Origin: the human T2T-CHM13v2.0 reference genome, Homo sapiens
Reading direction: 5' to 3' (one strand)
Assembly (NCBI RefSeq): GCF_009914755.1
Contig: NC_060930.1
Length of the DNA stretch: 64,000 nucleotides
Under the pieces are notes generated by a model that ran no database searches, was not told the DNA's origin, and saw only the letters and a list, made by a program, of their open reading frames with translations. Positions 45,177 through 57,860 of the stretch are shown piece by piece; within the stretch, counting starts at the first letter, position 1, and each line of letters opens with the position of its first letter. The translations under genes and the position numbers were made by a program.

Positions 45177-45754
45177 GGCCATCACGTCACAAACATGCAA
45201 ATGTCCACCAACACTTCCCTGGAACTTCATGGTTTTACAGATGACAATCACGTTCATCTGGTCAGCCACCTGCCCAATCTTTCCTAGGTGAGGAAACTGA
45301 CTTTGAGTAGTCAGCTACCTTGTTAAAGGTCACAACTGGCAAGTGGGGGGCTTGGCTTCCAATCCAAGCCTGGATTCCACCCAAGCATCTTCTCAACTGT
45401 TTCCGTGTGATCACACGCACGTGTGTGCACTTGGGTGTGTGTTGATGAGAAAGAGGGTGGGGATATGGCAAGTCTTCACACACTGCCTTTCAGTATGGAC
45501 ACTGGAACATCAGAACAAAACTGCATCTCTAACTCAACTCAATTGTACTAAATGTAACTGAATATCCAGTTATTGAGTCACGGGAATATCATGTTTCAGG
45601 TGACTTTAAGCAAAAATAGGCATTACCGACTTGCCTTCCAATTCCATTTTTTTCTGCTCAATAATAATGAACATCTAACACTCTAAAAAACATTGTCTTG
45701 CACAACAATGGAAATATATCACTAAATTGTGCACACTTAAAAATGGCTGCAATG

Positions 45755-46214
<460 letters not shown>

Positions 46215-47112
46215 TCACATTACATTAATCACTACATGGAATTAAAGTTGCTTTGCCACACTTACCTCTGACCTACTGGGCAATCTTTGCTATGCCCAAA
46301 GGACATTTTTCAATGTCCTGCATCACTTGACTCTGCTGTCAGCCCCTTCCTTGGCTCCCTGGTAACCAGCCTGGTCTGACTCTCCACTGACCACACAGTC
46401 GGTTCCTCCCTGTCTCTCTCCACTGGTTCTTCTACCTCCACCCATTTGTTGCTCAGCTACAGAGCCCCTGGGTGAGCTCAGCTCTGGTAACCTTTAGTTG
46501 CTACCTTCATCCTGAGGACACGGGGGCCTTGCTCCTGAACTTCTGAATAACAAATCTCCTGGCAAATCAATCCTCTCAGATGCCCTAAGTCTCCATCAGC
46601 TTACCAGGTCTGAAACAGAGGTCATCATCTTCCCCTGTCAGACTCATGGGAGGAAGGGAGTGGTCGGTAGCTTCAGACTCTACAGGATTTGGAATCAGAG
46701 TAGAATGCTTGGGCTGAATCCCTTTTATCACCATTCAGAGAAAAATCCCCTCTCCAGGTATCCAGGCAAGTCCCCTGGCCCTCCTTCACCCTTCTCCCCA
46801 TTCCTCAGTCATTGAGGCTGTGATTCTGCATCCTCAGTGTCTCTCCTGCCCCATGGCCATGGCCCTCATTCAGGCTCTTCTTCCTCGCCTCACTAGCACA
46901 GCAGCCTCCCAGCTCCTAGCTTGGCCTTCTTTTCCTCTTTGGCCTGCTCACACTGCAGCCTGAGACATTTCTCCAAAACACGCATCTAAGGCTTATCTTT
47001 CTCAATTGAGATCCTTCAGTGGCCTGCCACTACCTTAAGGTCATGGAGGATAGGTCTGTGTGTGTTGTTCCATCCTCCTTCCTTGGCTTTGTTATTCACA
47101 ATTTAGATTCCG

Positions 47113-47417
47113 ACCCCAATCACCCACACTACCCAGAGCGCACTAGGCTCCAGCTGACACCACAATCACCCACACTACCCAGAGTGCACTAGGCCCCAGC
47201 CAACCCCAATCACCAACACTACCCAGAGTGCACTAGGCTCTAGCTAAGCCCTAATCACCCACACTACCCAGAGTGCACTAGGCCCCAGCCAACCCCAATC
47301 ATCCACACTACACAGAGTGCACTAGGCTGCAGCCCACTCCAATCATCCACACTACCCAGAGTGCACTAGGCTCCAGCCAACCCCAATCACCTATACTACC
47401 CAGAGTACACTAGGCTC
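47113..47417. repeat. 44-bp minisatellite, 7 copies, consensus accccaatcacccacactacccagagtgcactaggctccagcca
   Basis: Unit anchors (c/t)aatca at 47117, 47163, 47207, 47252, 47296, 47340, 47384. Embedded in L2-like sequence. Confidence 0.95.
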
Positions 47418-49762
47418 TTCTAGGATCTAAGCACCCACTGCAAATAGCAAACACCTATTCTCCCTGACCCCACAGAACTCACAGCTCAGGAGTCTCCTCT
47501 GGTGCTCACTGTCCCAGCAGGGTGTGTCTCTGCCTCTTCACTCACTAAACTCTGAGTGCGCTAGAGGGCAGGAGCACGTACTTGCCTCTATGTCCTCAAC
47601 ACTCAACAATGGCGAGGGTTTAGTATGTAATCAAGGAACCAACTGTCCATCCCCTGGCACCCGACAGGTCCTCACATGTTCATGGAGCAAATGAGCAAAG
47701 GAGAAAATTGTGCTTCCGGGCAGGTCATGAAAAACTAAAACTTAAACTCTTTGTAGCAGAGCCTATCTGGCAGGATGCGCTGATTTGAGAAACAGTTGTT
47801 GACAACAAACTTTCATGGCTCTGCACCATTTGAGTTATATTTCTCTCTGTGCTCTCAGCCAAGAGTCTGTCTTTTCAATAACAGCAAGTCTTGGCAAACC
47901 AGTAATGATTTTGCTTCCCACTAGATACATTTGGATGTTTTCAAGAAGCCTAATGTTTTGCTTTTTTTTTTTTACTTGTTTTCAAGGTGACTGATTTATT
48001 TCCTCTTTTAATTTGCTTTTAAGAACATAAAACAAAACAAAGTCAGCCCAGTATTGCTCTCTTACACTCCTGAACAATTTTTTCTGGTCGACTCAGCTTT
48101 TAGCTTCAGGTCCCATCCTGTCTGTCCAGGTGTGGAAAAAAAAAAAACTCCCAGGGAGTGTAATAGGATTCCAGCCAGCAAACATGTGGTAAGAGAGGCG
48201 AATGGAGCAAGCAGGAAAGGATTTCCAGCAGGGGCCAGCAAGGGCAAGGTTGTTGACATGAGGGCAGGGTCTGGAACCCTGGGGAAAGGGAAGCTGTTAA
48301 CCATTAATCTTACCCTATCACAGCATCTCTTCCCAGCTCACTTTATAGATCGGCACTGGCGCAGCAGCCACACAGCGAGGAAGGATGGAAGTCCAACAAC
48401 ACTAGGTACTAGTGTGGACTTGAGACTGGCACATCTAGGGGGGTAAGAGGAAGCACCCCTGGTTTCACTGCCCCCACTCCCACCCCAAGAAATCTTCAAC
48501 ACTGAAGGAGGCTAATGGCTAAGAATTCAAAAGCCATAGAATTCTAAAACTGGAAGTTACGTTGAAGCTCAATAGTTTTCCATTTGTTTTGTTTTCCATT
48601 CATTTTCTCCACGAGTTATCCCAGGAAGCGATCGCACAGCTACACAAAACTTGGTTTAAATCTCATCCCTTACTTTATAGAGAGGGAGACACAAGCTCAG
48701 AGAGATCTCACAATCTGTCACGGTCACCGTCAGTCAACTGTGGAGTCTGCAATCCAGCTCAGATCTCCTGATTTTCAGATCTTTTCAGTTCCCCTTTTAG
48801 AGTAGTGAACAGCTTTGTTTCAAATGAAGCACAGACACACTACTGAAATTCCAGTCTGGAAAAAACCTAGTCCGTAAGGTTTTGACGCACAGTTTAAGAA
48901 CAGCCTCCCCTGTGTGGAAAAGCATCCAAATACTCTAATTTTAAAATGCCCAGATATCTCCGAGTATTTGCTACTATTTTCCTCTGATTTGGACATAGAT
49001 CTACCTTCACCAAATTCAAAACACCAAAAGATATATGCACTGGAAAGCCTATCTGTACATTTAGGCAATAGCTACATGTTTTCTTGCACAGACTTCTGGA
49101 CAGAAGACTGGGCAGATGGGTCTCAGTGATGCCACTGGCCGCTTATTCTTTCTCTGTCCTCACATTTCCATTTTTAATATGCAGGTGAGATGATATATCC
49201 TTACATGCCCTAGAGACATTTGCATTTTTTCCAGAGAAATGTCTATAGAAAGAAAAGTCCAGGTTTTGGCGAACATATAGGTAGAGATAGAGAGAAAGGC
49301 CTGAGTAAATTTTTATTTGAAGGACTGGCACAATTTTGAGAAAAATCAGTCTTCAGTGGCATGTTGTGGCTCCCTGCTGGATGGCTCACCCCTCCAGGCT
49401 CTGACCCATGACCAGTGGCCCTGCCTAACTGGCCACCACAGCATTCTCGCCTTCCCAGGGGTTGGAACTGCCTCACCAGATGCTTCTATTCTTACTTACC
49501 CTGCAGTGAGCCCAGAAGCTCTGACTGCTCAGAGGTGGGATAAGGGAAGACAGTGGGGTACAGAGCAAATGCCCTGTTACTTTTTGCTTAGAAATTTACT
49601 CCTTTGCTTTTCGCAGTTTGCCCGCAGGGTTAGTAATGTGTTTCCAGTGAAGAAAATGACCAATGGAGAGACCTCAATCTGCTCCGATTTCCCTGTTGTG
49701 CCCATCTGAACCTCAGTAAAATCAAAATTCCTTTGAAGCTTAAAAAAAAAAAAAGATTTGTC

Positions 49763-50063
49763 GGCCAGGTGCGGTGGCTCATGCCTGTAATCCTGGCACT
49801 TTGGGAGGCCGAGGCGGGCGGATCATGAGGTCAGGAGATCGAGACCAGCCTGGCCAACATAGTGAAACCCTGTCTCTACTAAAAATACAAAAAAATTAGT
49901 TGGATGTGGTGGTGGGTGCCTGTAATCCTAGCTACTTGGGAGGGTGAGGCAGGAGAATCACTTGAACCTGGGGGGCGGAGGTTGTAGCGAGCTGAGATGG
50001 CACCACTGCACACCAGCCCAGGCGACAGTGCGAGACTGTCTCAAAAAATTTTAAAAAAAAAAA
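49763..50063 (+). mobile_element. Alu (AluSc/Sg-like)
   Basis: Full dimer, TSD aaaaaaag(a)tttgtc. Confidence 0.96.
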
Positions 50064-51311
50064 AGTTTGTCAAAGGCCTTCGGTAAACTCTGACTCATTT
50101 CCTTGGTGGAAAAAGCCTTGTGAGTGGAGTTGGTCCCACCAGGAGAAGGGCTTTTTGCCCTGAGAACTTGCTGCTACTGGGAAGGCCCACGTATCTGAAG
50201 ATGGGGAAACCGGGTGGAGACAAAGAGACGACCGAGCACGTATTCATGCGAAACTTTCCCTTCACCCAAATGCAGAGCAAATGTTTGCTCCCCAGAAGCC
50301 CACAAGGTAGCTGAAGCCATTTCTAGTTGACATCGGCAATCTCCATTCTCTTCATTCCACACTTTGACAACTCACTCTGTGGAGCCATTTGGCTCAGTCA
50401 AATTTTTTTTTTTTTTTTTTACATATATAGCATAGTGCTGATGCTTAAAGATCCTGTTGACTGAAATAAGTTGCAAGGAATATTAGTTCAGGGAAATATC
50501 AAAGTGTAAAAATATATGGGATAGTGAGAAAGAAAAAGCCATCCAACACCAGCACATTAGAAATTACTCAATCACTTCTGTCATGTGAAAAAGGGATCAG
50601 CACCCCACCCAGAGCAAACTCAAACTCTGAGTCTATTACCAGTTAAGTCAAGACTTGGCTTCTATTTTTGCAAAGTAATCAGTAACTGAGTCAGCTGTGA
50701 AATTCCTGGTTGCTCCTTGATCTTGTGTAACATTTATCCAATCATTTAGGCTGTTTGGGTTGAAGGAGGGTTATTACAATAAGAACATCTTTGAGAGAAC
50801 TTTTTCAAGAAAATTGTTCATTGTTGGGGGGAAAAAACCCTTCATTTGCCCACAGGAACTAAGGTTTGGTCTGTCAGCAAAAGGTATTGTTCATTATTTC
50901 AAACTGGGAAAGTGTAGCTGGTGGGGGGCAGTTAGAAGTGGAGAGGGGAAAAGGTAGAGATCAAGTTAGAAGAGACACTTTTAAACAGTATTTTTTATTT
51001 AAAAAAATTCTCTCCCACAGGACTTACTACATCCAACATCAAATCAACTTAAAAAACCACCATCTCTCATGGCTCCATTTGAAGAAAGACACATCCTTCA
51101 CAGTGCTATATTACCTTGTCTGTGATATTATGGATCCTGGTTAGGAAAAGGATTCATACCACAACCAATCACGTCCGCCTATGCTGAGAAGTGTCCATTT
51201 CTTTAGGCTGAAAATAAGACTGTACTTTCATAAACAAATAGGAAAATGTGATCTATTGCTTCTTTTCTTGGTCCGTGCCCCTCGCCTTGCTAAGTCAGTT
51301 TTTCGACTGCC

Positions 51312-51360
51312 TGTGTGTGTGTGTGTGTGTGTGTGCGTGTGTGTGTGTGCGTATGTGTGT
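51312..51360. repeat. (TG)n microsatellite with CG interruptions
   Basis: About 24 alternating purine-pyrimidine dinucleotides. Confidence 0.93.
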
Positions 51361-52756
51361 CCAGAGGCCACTGATCCAGTCCAAGTGTATTTAGAAATTA
51401 GTTCAGTGGCTCACAAAGGTCTTAGAGGCCACTACTGTGCTGGGGAAATCCATTGAGCTTGGCTTGTTCTCTCTTGCTCTTGCCAATGTGCACTCTGCTT
51501 CCATGCAAACACTCCTTAGGAAGATGCCAGTAATCTCTATTTTATGTACTAATTACACAACCACATCTCCCTTTGGCGACTTGAGGGAAACAAACATGTA
51601 AAGTGTAGAGTATTTAACTGGGATGTACTTTAGAAAAACTCCAAAGCAGAAAAAAAAAACCTTCAGCAGCCTTGCAAATAAAGCAGAAAACTTCCACAAG
51701 TCAGCAGCATTTCTCAAAATGAAGAGTCCACCCTTACGGCAAGCCATACAAGAAACTAAAACTGCAAAAATCATTACTTTCCCTACTTACATTGCCAAGC
51801 ACCTGCAAGACTAAAAAAAGAATGCTATCCAGTTCTGTTCTGAGAAAGCACAGGCCTTTCCAGCAGATGCATTAAGTGAGATAAAAACCTTATGGTTGGA
51901 GGAAGAAAAGAAGTTGGGGCCATTACAAATGTAACTTCCAAATAATCAATGTCCCAAAGTTTTAAACTTCCCTTTAGAGTTAAGAAGTACTTCAACCCTG
52001 TGACCTGGCTTATCAATAATTTTCTTCAAGTAAAACAAATTTCCAAGCATTACCTAGGCATAAATACTACTGTGTATAAAATGCTAGCAAGTACATTAAT
52101 ATGGATATTCAGTGACTCCGCTTTTTGACTCAGCTTTATTGACTGGGAGTTGCTGTCTTAACTTCTTGTCACCAGCCTCTGCCTTCTCCTAAGACTGCCA
52201 TGTGTGCAGAGACATGGGTCACCCCAACCATATCCTACCCCAATCCCACCTGCCCATTATGACTATTTCCTTTTTAAATTCTCCCTTTATTTCCTTTTAT
52301 TCTTCTCTCAGAAGCTTTGCTCTTTTGCCATCTCTCAACCAACTCTCCTAAATTTTCATTGTTTAAATATCTCAACAAACTCCGAGTCATCATTCACAGC
52401 CCTTTGGTTTAGTTTAGTTGTGTAACCCCAAATACTTTATTAGGTCTAACAGTGGGTCAATCACTTGTTGATACTTGGGACATTTTCACTGCAATGGCAT
52501 TTGTCATGATGTTTGTTTAATTTGTGGTCCCTATCTAAGAAAACATGACCATTTATGCCCTGCTTTATTGCAGAAAAAAACCTAAGGCTGCTTACACTAA
52601 ATAACATACACACTAAGATAGACACAAAATAACACAAATTATGGAGGAAGAAAAATGGGACAAAGCAGACATTAAAGTAGGGAAGTTAAGATGAAACTAG
52701 GAGAGAGGTCAGAATTTAAAGCTTGTGTTATCAGGCCCACACACAAATATTTACAT

Positions 52757-52968
52757 CAGTGGTTGAAAAATTATGGCCCACTGGCCAAATTTGGCCCACC
52801 ATCTGTTTCTGTAAATAAAGTTTTATTAGAACACAGCCACACCTGCTCATTTACATATTCTTTATGGCTGCTTTCAGGCTACAATGGCAGAGTTGAGTAA
52901 CTGTGACAGACCATATGGCCTGCAAAGCCTGAAAAATTTCCCACATGGAAAAAGTTTGCCAGTGTCTG
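52757..52968. mobile_element. MER58A (independent copy)
   Basis: ggccaaatttggcccacc...gtaaataaagttttattagaacacagccac...catatggcctgcaaagcct...aaaaagtttgcc. Confidence 0.88.
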
Positions 52969-54970
52969 GGTTATATGATTCTGTGCCTAAGAGACTGGAG
53001 GGAAGCAATCTCCTAGGGTAAGTACTTTCTTTGAATGGTTCTGAAGTAGAAGAGAACCTTCTGCTATAAACAGCTCACTATGTAATCTAATGAAAACACA
53101 TCTTCAACATAATATTTTGTAGTAAATATAACAACTGGCTTCAGAGGTCAATGGCATGATGTCACAGTGCAAGTCAGTAAAACAATTCTATGAATATGTG
53201 AGGTGGAAACAATGCCGTTCAGGTACAATTCACTCCTGGTCTGGCTTCATTCATGGATAGTCTCTCCAGATGGCAAATGCCAGTTACACAGGTAGCCCTT
53301 CCCTACCCTCCTTCCTTGACACTGGCAGACATGGCTAATGGATCAAGGTGTTCTCTTCTGCTGAGCCCCAAAGTCTCCTCAGAAGTCTTCTCCCCATTCT
53401 CTGGCAGCTTCAGCCAGTCATTAGTAATTGGCATGCAAGATAAAACCAATACACCATCTTTGCGGTAAGGTAATTTTCCATGAACACTCTCTTGCCTGGG
53501 GGTGGTGAGGCTGAGGTTATATTCTCTGCAGAGCTCCTGAAGCACAGCTATTCCATTTTGTCCTAGTGCAGAGCTGTCCCCTTTTATGACCATCCACGTG
53601 AGAGGACTGGACTGCCCTCCCCCTGTGAGAATGGAAGCCTGACAAGGACGGCTGCCCAGAGCAAGGGTCCCGGCGCACTTGCACACATGTGGGCCAAGGG
53701 ATTGCCTGAGGGCAGGACCAGGAGGCTTCTCCAGAAAAGTGCTTAGACCTGTTCCTCTGCACAGACTGTCAGGGGTCAGGGCCATAGACAACGGCACAGG
53801 CATTTTGCCTGGGGAGGTTCAAGCCCAATACTCGCATTATTTATTCAAAGAAACAAGTTCCCCAAACACCATCACCCAGGCCCACTCATCTTGTCATGCA
53901 TATCTTCCTAAAGAACTTCCCAAGAGACAAGGGTTCTAAGACAAATGCAAGTAAACTGGAAAAGGTGATTTCTAAGAAACTACAATTCAGTTAAACATTG
54001 ATGACAAAACGGCCAACTACGGATCTAGAAGAATATACCGGTAGCCTTTTTCTGTGTCTGCTCCTTCCTGTGACAATAAAACTATGTCCTGAATGGATTA
54101 TATTTCTAGTGGAACAAAAATTTTAGCTATCTAAAAGAAGTCTTTAATATGCAAATTTAAGAGAATTAGAACTATTCTTATGTTGTCACACTGGAAATTG
54201 CTACTTAATCTATACCTGACTCCTGTGCGTGTGGTCAAAGAAAGAGAAAAAGACAAAATACATGGTAAATCTTACAGTATTCCCAACAGATCTTTCCACA
54301 AAGTGACTAAAAAGTATAAAGCCAGTAAATAAGTAAAATAACCACGCCTAAAACTCTTCTTCTCCTTATGGGTGTGTGGTTGTGTTCTAGCAAACACCAC
54401 CTACAAATAAGTGAAACCTAACTATATTCAGCAGAGTTAATACAGCCAACAGACAAGATAGATCAATGAAAGAAATGTCTCACCCTCCTAAAAAGACCAA
54501 ATACTAGCTAATGCTGTCATTTACTTTTCCAGTACCAATGCTTAGGTCTCAGTTCCAGACCACTTAAGGACACAACTGTGGACATGAGAATGTGGAAAGT
54601 TTGGATTCTGTGTGGATACCCAATTATGCACCAGATAGAAGCACACAGGATGTCAATGCAGACAATTCTGAAGAAAACCGAAAGCCTCTCCATATCAGGA
54701 AAGAACCGATCGCCACTCCTCCAAGCAGTTACGCAACCTCCCGTGTCCTTTGATGTGCACTGAGCCCGAGCTGGAGATCAGGATTGAGTGAAATGCTTCA
54801 CGGCATCACCTGAAAAGCCTCTTTCACAACACTTGAGGCCTTTAATGTTTGTGTTTCCACAAAACTGCCAGCCCACACGAGCAGCATGCACAGTATCTTT
54901 CCCAGAACCTCCCAGGCAACAATACTTTTGCTAAATTCTTTCAAGACTAGTCGTGAAGGCTCCTACTTAC

Positions 54971-55125
54971 GTAAAGCATACAAGGTGAGAATGATTCCAG
55001 CCAGGCAAAATCCTTCAAAGAACCTGAGTGTGCTGAACATTGTCACATTCACTGACAGTGCCACAGTCAGTCCAAAGATCAGAATGAAGATGATGGAAAA
55101 CAGCAGCACAGGCCGCCGGCCGACC
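54971..55125 (-). CDS. SLC22A23: SLC22A23 internal coding exon (exon 3 by recollection), 155 bp
   Basis: cctaactttttccctctccatatgcag|GGTCGGCCGG...GCTTTAC|gtaagt. It translates (W)VGRRPVLLFSIIFILIFGLTVALSVNVTMFSTLRFFEGFCLAGIILTLYAL, completing MFS motif A (GCIADWVGRR) and containing motif B (RFFEG). Branch point CTAAC is present. Confidence 0.97.
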
Positions 55126-55858
55126 CTGCATATGGAGAGGGAAAAAGTTAGGAATCATTGTGAAACAAGACAATGACGCTAGATGCTGAAACCCGGTGTC
55201 CAGCAGGCACTCAATATATGTTGAATGAGTACTGGGTAAAAAGTCCTGTGCCATCTATACCCACTTCACTAGATCCTAGGCTACTATGGGTAAAAAGGGA
55301 GATTTAGCCCAACCCCCTAATTCTCGAGATAAGGGAGCAGAGATCAACCAATTACAGAGTAAGAGAATTCAGACTTGAGCCCAATTCCTGTTGCTGAGTC
55401 TATTTCTGAGTGTATAGTGATATAATTCAAGGCAAGGGGAACAAAATTAATAATTCTCCAAACAGGAACCTTGATACACCCAGCATAAAAAGTCTTGAGA
55501 AATCGTTGACCTTTGGGATTGGATCAAAAGTCAACATGGTCACCAAGCAAAGCGGCTTTGTTTCCTCTCCCCAGGTTGTTAACTAAGTCAGATACCTGAT
55601 CCTACACACAGCCTATCCGAGCCAGGGCCAAGCCATCTGTCAATTTGTTTCAGCTACACGACGAGAAGTAATTTTTAAGGGATCACACACTAAGGTAAGA
55701 CAGCGTTAACTTTAAATGCCCAGTGACCTGATAGTGAGCTGACAGTGCAGCCCCTCGGCTGGACTGAGAGGCAGGGAGCCCAGGCTGTGATGATTCTCTG
55801 GAAACGGCCACAGATACCCTCAATTCGTGGGTTCTGGAGCTGGCCAGTTTCAGATCAG

Positions 55859-55877
55859 TGACCACTAGGGGGCGATG
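55859..55877 (+). promoter_or_regulatory. CTCF binding motif TGACCACTAGGGGGCGATG
   Basis: Near-consensus CCAC(C/T)AGGGGGCG core in apparently non-repeat sequence. Occupancy cannot be shown from sequence. Confidence 0.75.
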
Positions 55878-56189
55878 TGCTTCTAGAGTGCCTGGGAGGA
55901 CAGTAGAGGGTGGTCCACAAGAATGGGGAAGTCACCAGTTCCTGTGGCCCCATGCTAACTTTCCATCTTTCCTTGATTAACCGATTAGAAATAAAATGGC
56001 AACAATAACTCTCCATCAAACACGATTGGCTTGGTCTAAAGGATAACTCAGAGAAATGGGGGCAGAGTGGATGCTATTTGCCAGGAGAAAAAAGGGGGAA
56101 AAATCCAGACCTCCTGTCCCCAGTACCACAAAGGGTAGCTGAGGGGCTCGAACTGTCCTAGACGTGTTAATTACAAGACATCTACATGC

Positions 56190-56425
56190 AAGTAAAATGC
56201 CCAGAAAAGACAAATATACAGAAACAGAAAGTAGATTTGTGGTTGTCCAGGACTGGGGGGTGATGTTTCCATCATCCTTTGAGGGGATGGGAATGTTTTA
56301 AATTCAGAGTGTGGTGATGGCTGTACAACTCTGCAAATATACTAAAACTCATTCCATTGTGCACTTAAAATGGGTGGGTTTTATGGGATGCAAATTATAT
56401 GTCAATAAAACTTCAAAAAAAAAAA
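56190..56425 (+). mobile_element. Old L1 (L1MB7/8 or L1ME1-like) 3' tip
   Basis: acagaaagtagatttgtggttg...ggtgatggctgtacaactctg...cacttaaaatgggtg...tcaataaa. Confidence 0.8.
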
Positions 56426-57382
56426 TTAAGGCATGGCCTTACCCTATAGAGATAGATGGAATTTTAAGAAAATACAGGGAAAGGAACAACAGGATGAAAT
56501 TACACTCAGAACTTTTAGTTCTAACCATTCCCATCAGTCACTTTGGTTTAGTGAAACAAGGCCAAGGCTAGGAGCTCAATGTAAGTCAATAATCTCACCT
56601 GGAGATTTTAGCCATTACTTTCCCTTGTCCAGTGCTGGGATCAGGAAGCCCTTACCAGCAAAGACTGTGTAGCTGATTTTGTCCAAATCTAACTCATTGA
56701 CAAAAATAAATTTAAAATACAGCTTTAGTCATTCTCCTAAAATGAAGAAAAATGAACTAACTCTAACATTTTGCATTACCCTTGACTTCCCTGGTCTGTG
56801 AAATGGGGATAAGCATCCCACATTGTGGAGTGTTGAGATCCTTCACTAGGGGGGATGATGGGCACAGATGCAACGCCTGGCGCAGAGGAAATAATGCAAT
56901 GTTGTAGTGCTCATTCCTTCCTGCGTTTCTACGTCCCTGACGCCTACCAAACATGGTTTGCTCTGTTCTGATATTTTAGAAAAGATGTTCGATTTTTTTA
57001 AGCGTGCTGCCTCCCGAAAAATGGTGGCTAAAATCAACAAGTAAAACTTATCAAGGTCTACAGGGCAAACACTGTCTTTGAAGTCAGAGTGTGTTGGTTC
57101 TGAATCCAGGATCACCACTTCTGAACTATGTGACCTTGAGTAAGACCAGGCTTGTTCAAACGAGCCTGGAGTTCCCTTTGGTAAGGGCCAATTAATGTCT
57201 GCTTCATAATGTTATCGACAGGAGTGGATATGAACAAATGCTTCAGCAAGCGTTCAATACATGTTAGTTACAAGCATGGATGGTTCTCCTAGAAACTGGC
57301 TCCCAGGGCAGAACCCTCTCAGAGAGGACTGATAAAGCCACAGTCCTTGTCCGTAATGCAGAGGACTTTATCACTTAGGATC

Positions 57383-57860
57383 TGTGGTGGGCAGAACAAT
57401 GGTCCTCAAATCTGTCCATGTCCTAATCCTCAGAACCTGTGAGTATTTTACCTTTCATGGCAAAAGGAATTCTGAAGATGAGATTAAGCTTAAGGACCCT
57501 GAGATGAGGTGACTTTCCAGGTAGGTCCAATCTAATGACAAGGAAAACCTCCCCTGGCTCCAGGGAACCAGAGAGGTAGTGGTGTGAGAAGGACTTGACT
57601 TGACATTGCTGGCTCTGAAGACGGAGGATGGGGCCATGAGCCATGGAATGCAGGTGGCCTTTAGAAGCTAGAAAAAGCAGGGAGGCAGATTATCTCCTGG
57701 GTCTTGCAAAAAGGCATGCAGCCCTGCTGACACCCTGACTTTAGACCAGTGAGACCTTTGTTGGACTTGTGAACTGCAGAGCTGGAAGATCATTCATGTG
57801 GGCTTTGGAAGCCACCAAGCAGGTAGCAATTTGTAACAGCAGCCACAGAGAACCGACACA
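57383..57860 (+). mobile_element. Solo MaLR LTR (MLT1D-like)
   Basis: tgtggtgggcagaacaatgg...catggcaaaagga...gcagccctgctgacacc...aaccgacaca. TG...CA ends and 5-bp TSD ggatc/gggtc. Confidence 0.88.

Noticed and set aside
47113-47417. CRISPR-like appearance of the regular repeat array
   Set aside because: Units are contiguous with no unique spacers, there are no cas genes, and the context is mammalian. It is a minisatellite.
54600-54815. Possible extra exon or recursive AG|GT site (cttttcag|gtgatg) just after exon 3
   Set aside because: Short pyrimidine tract, weak donor and no SLC22-like coding continuation.
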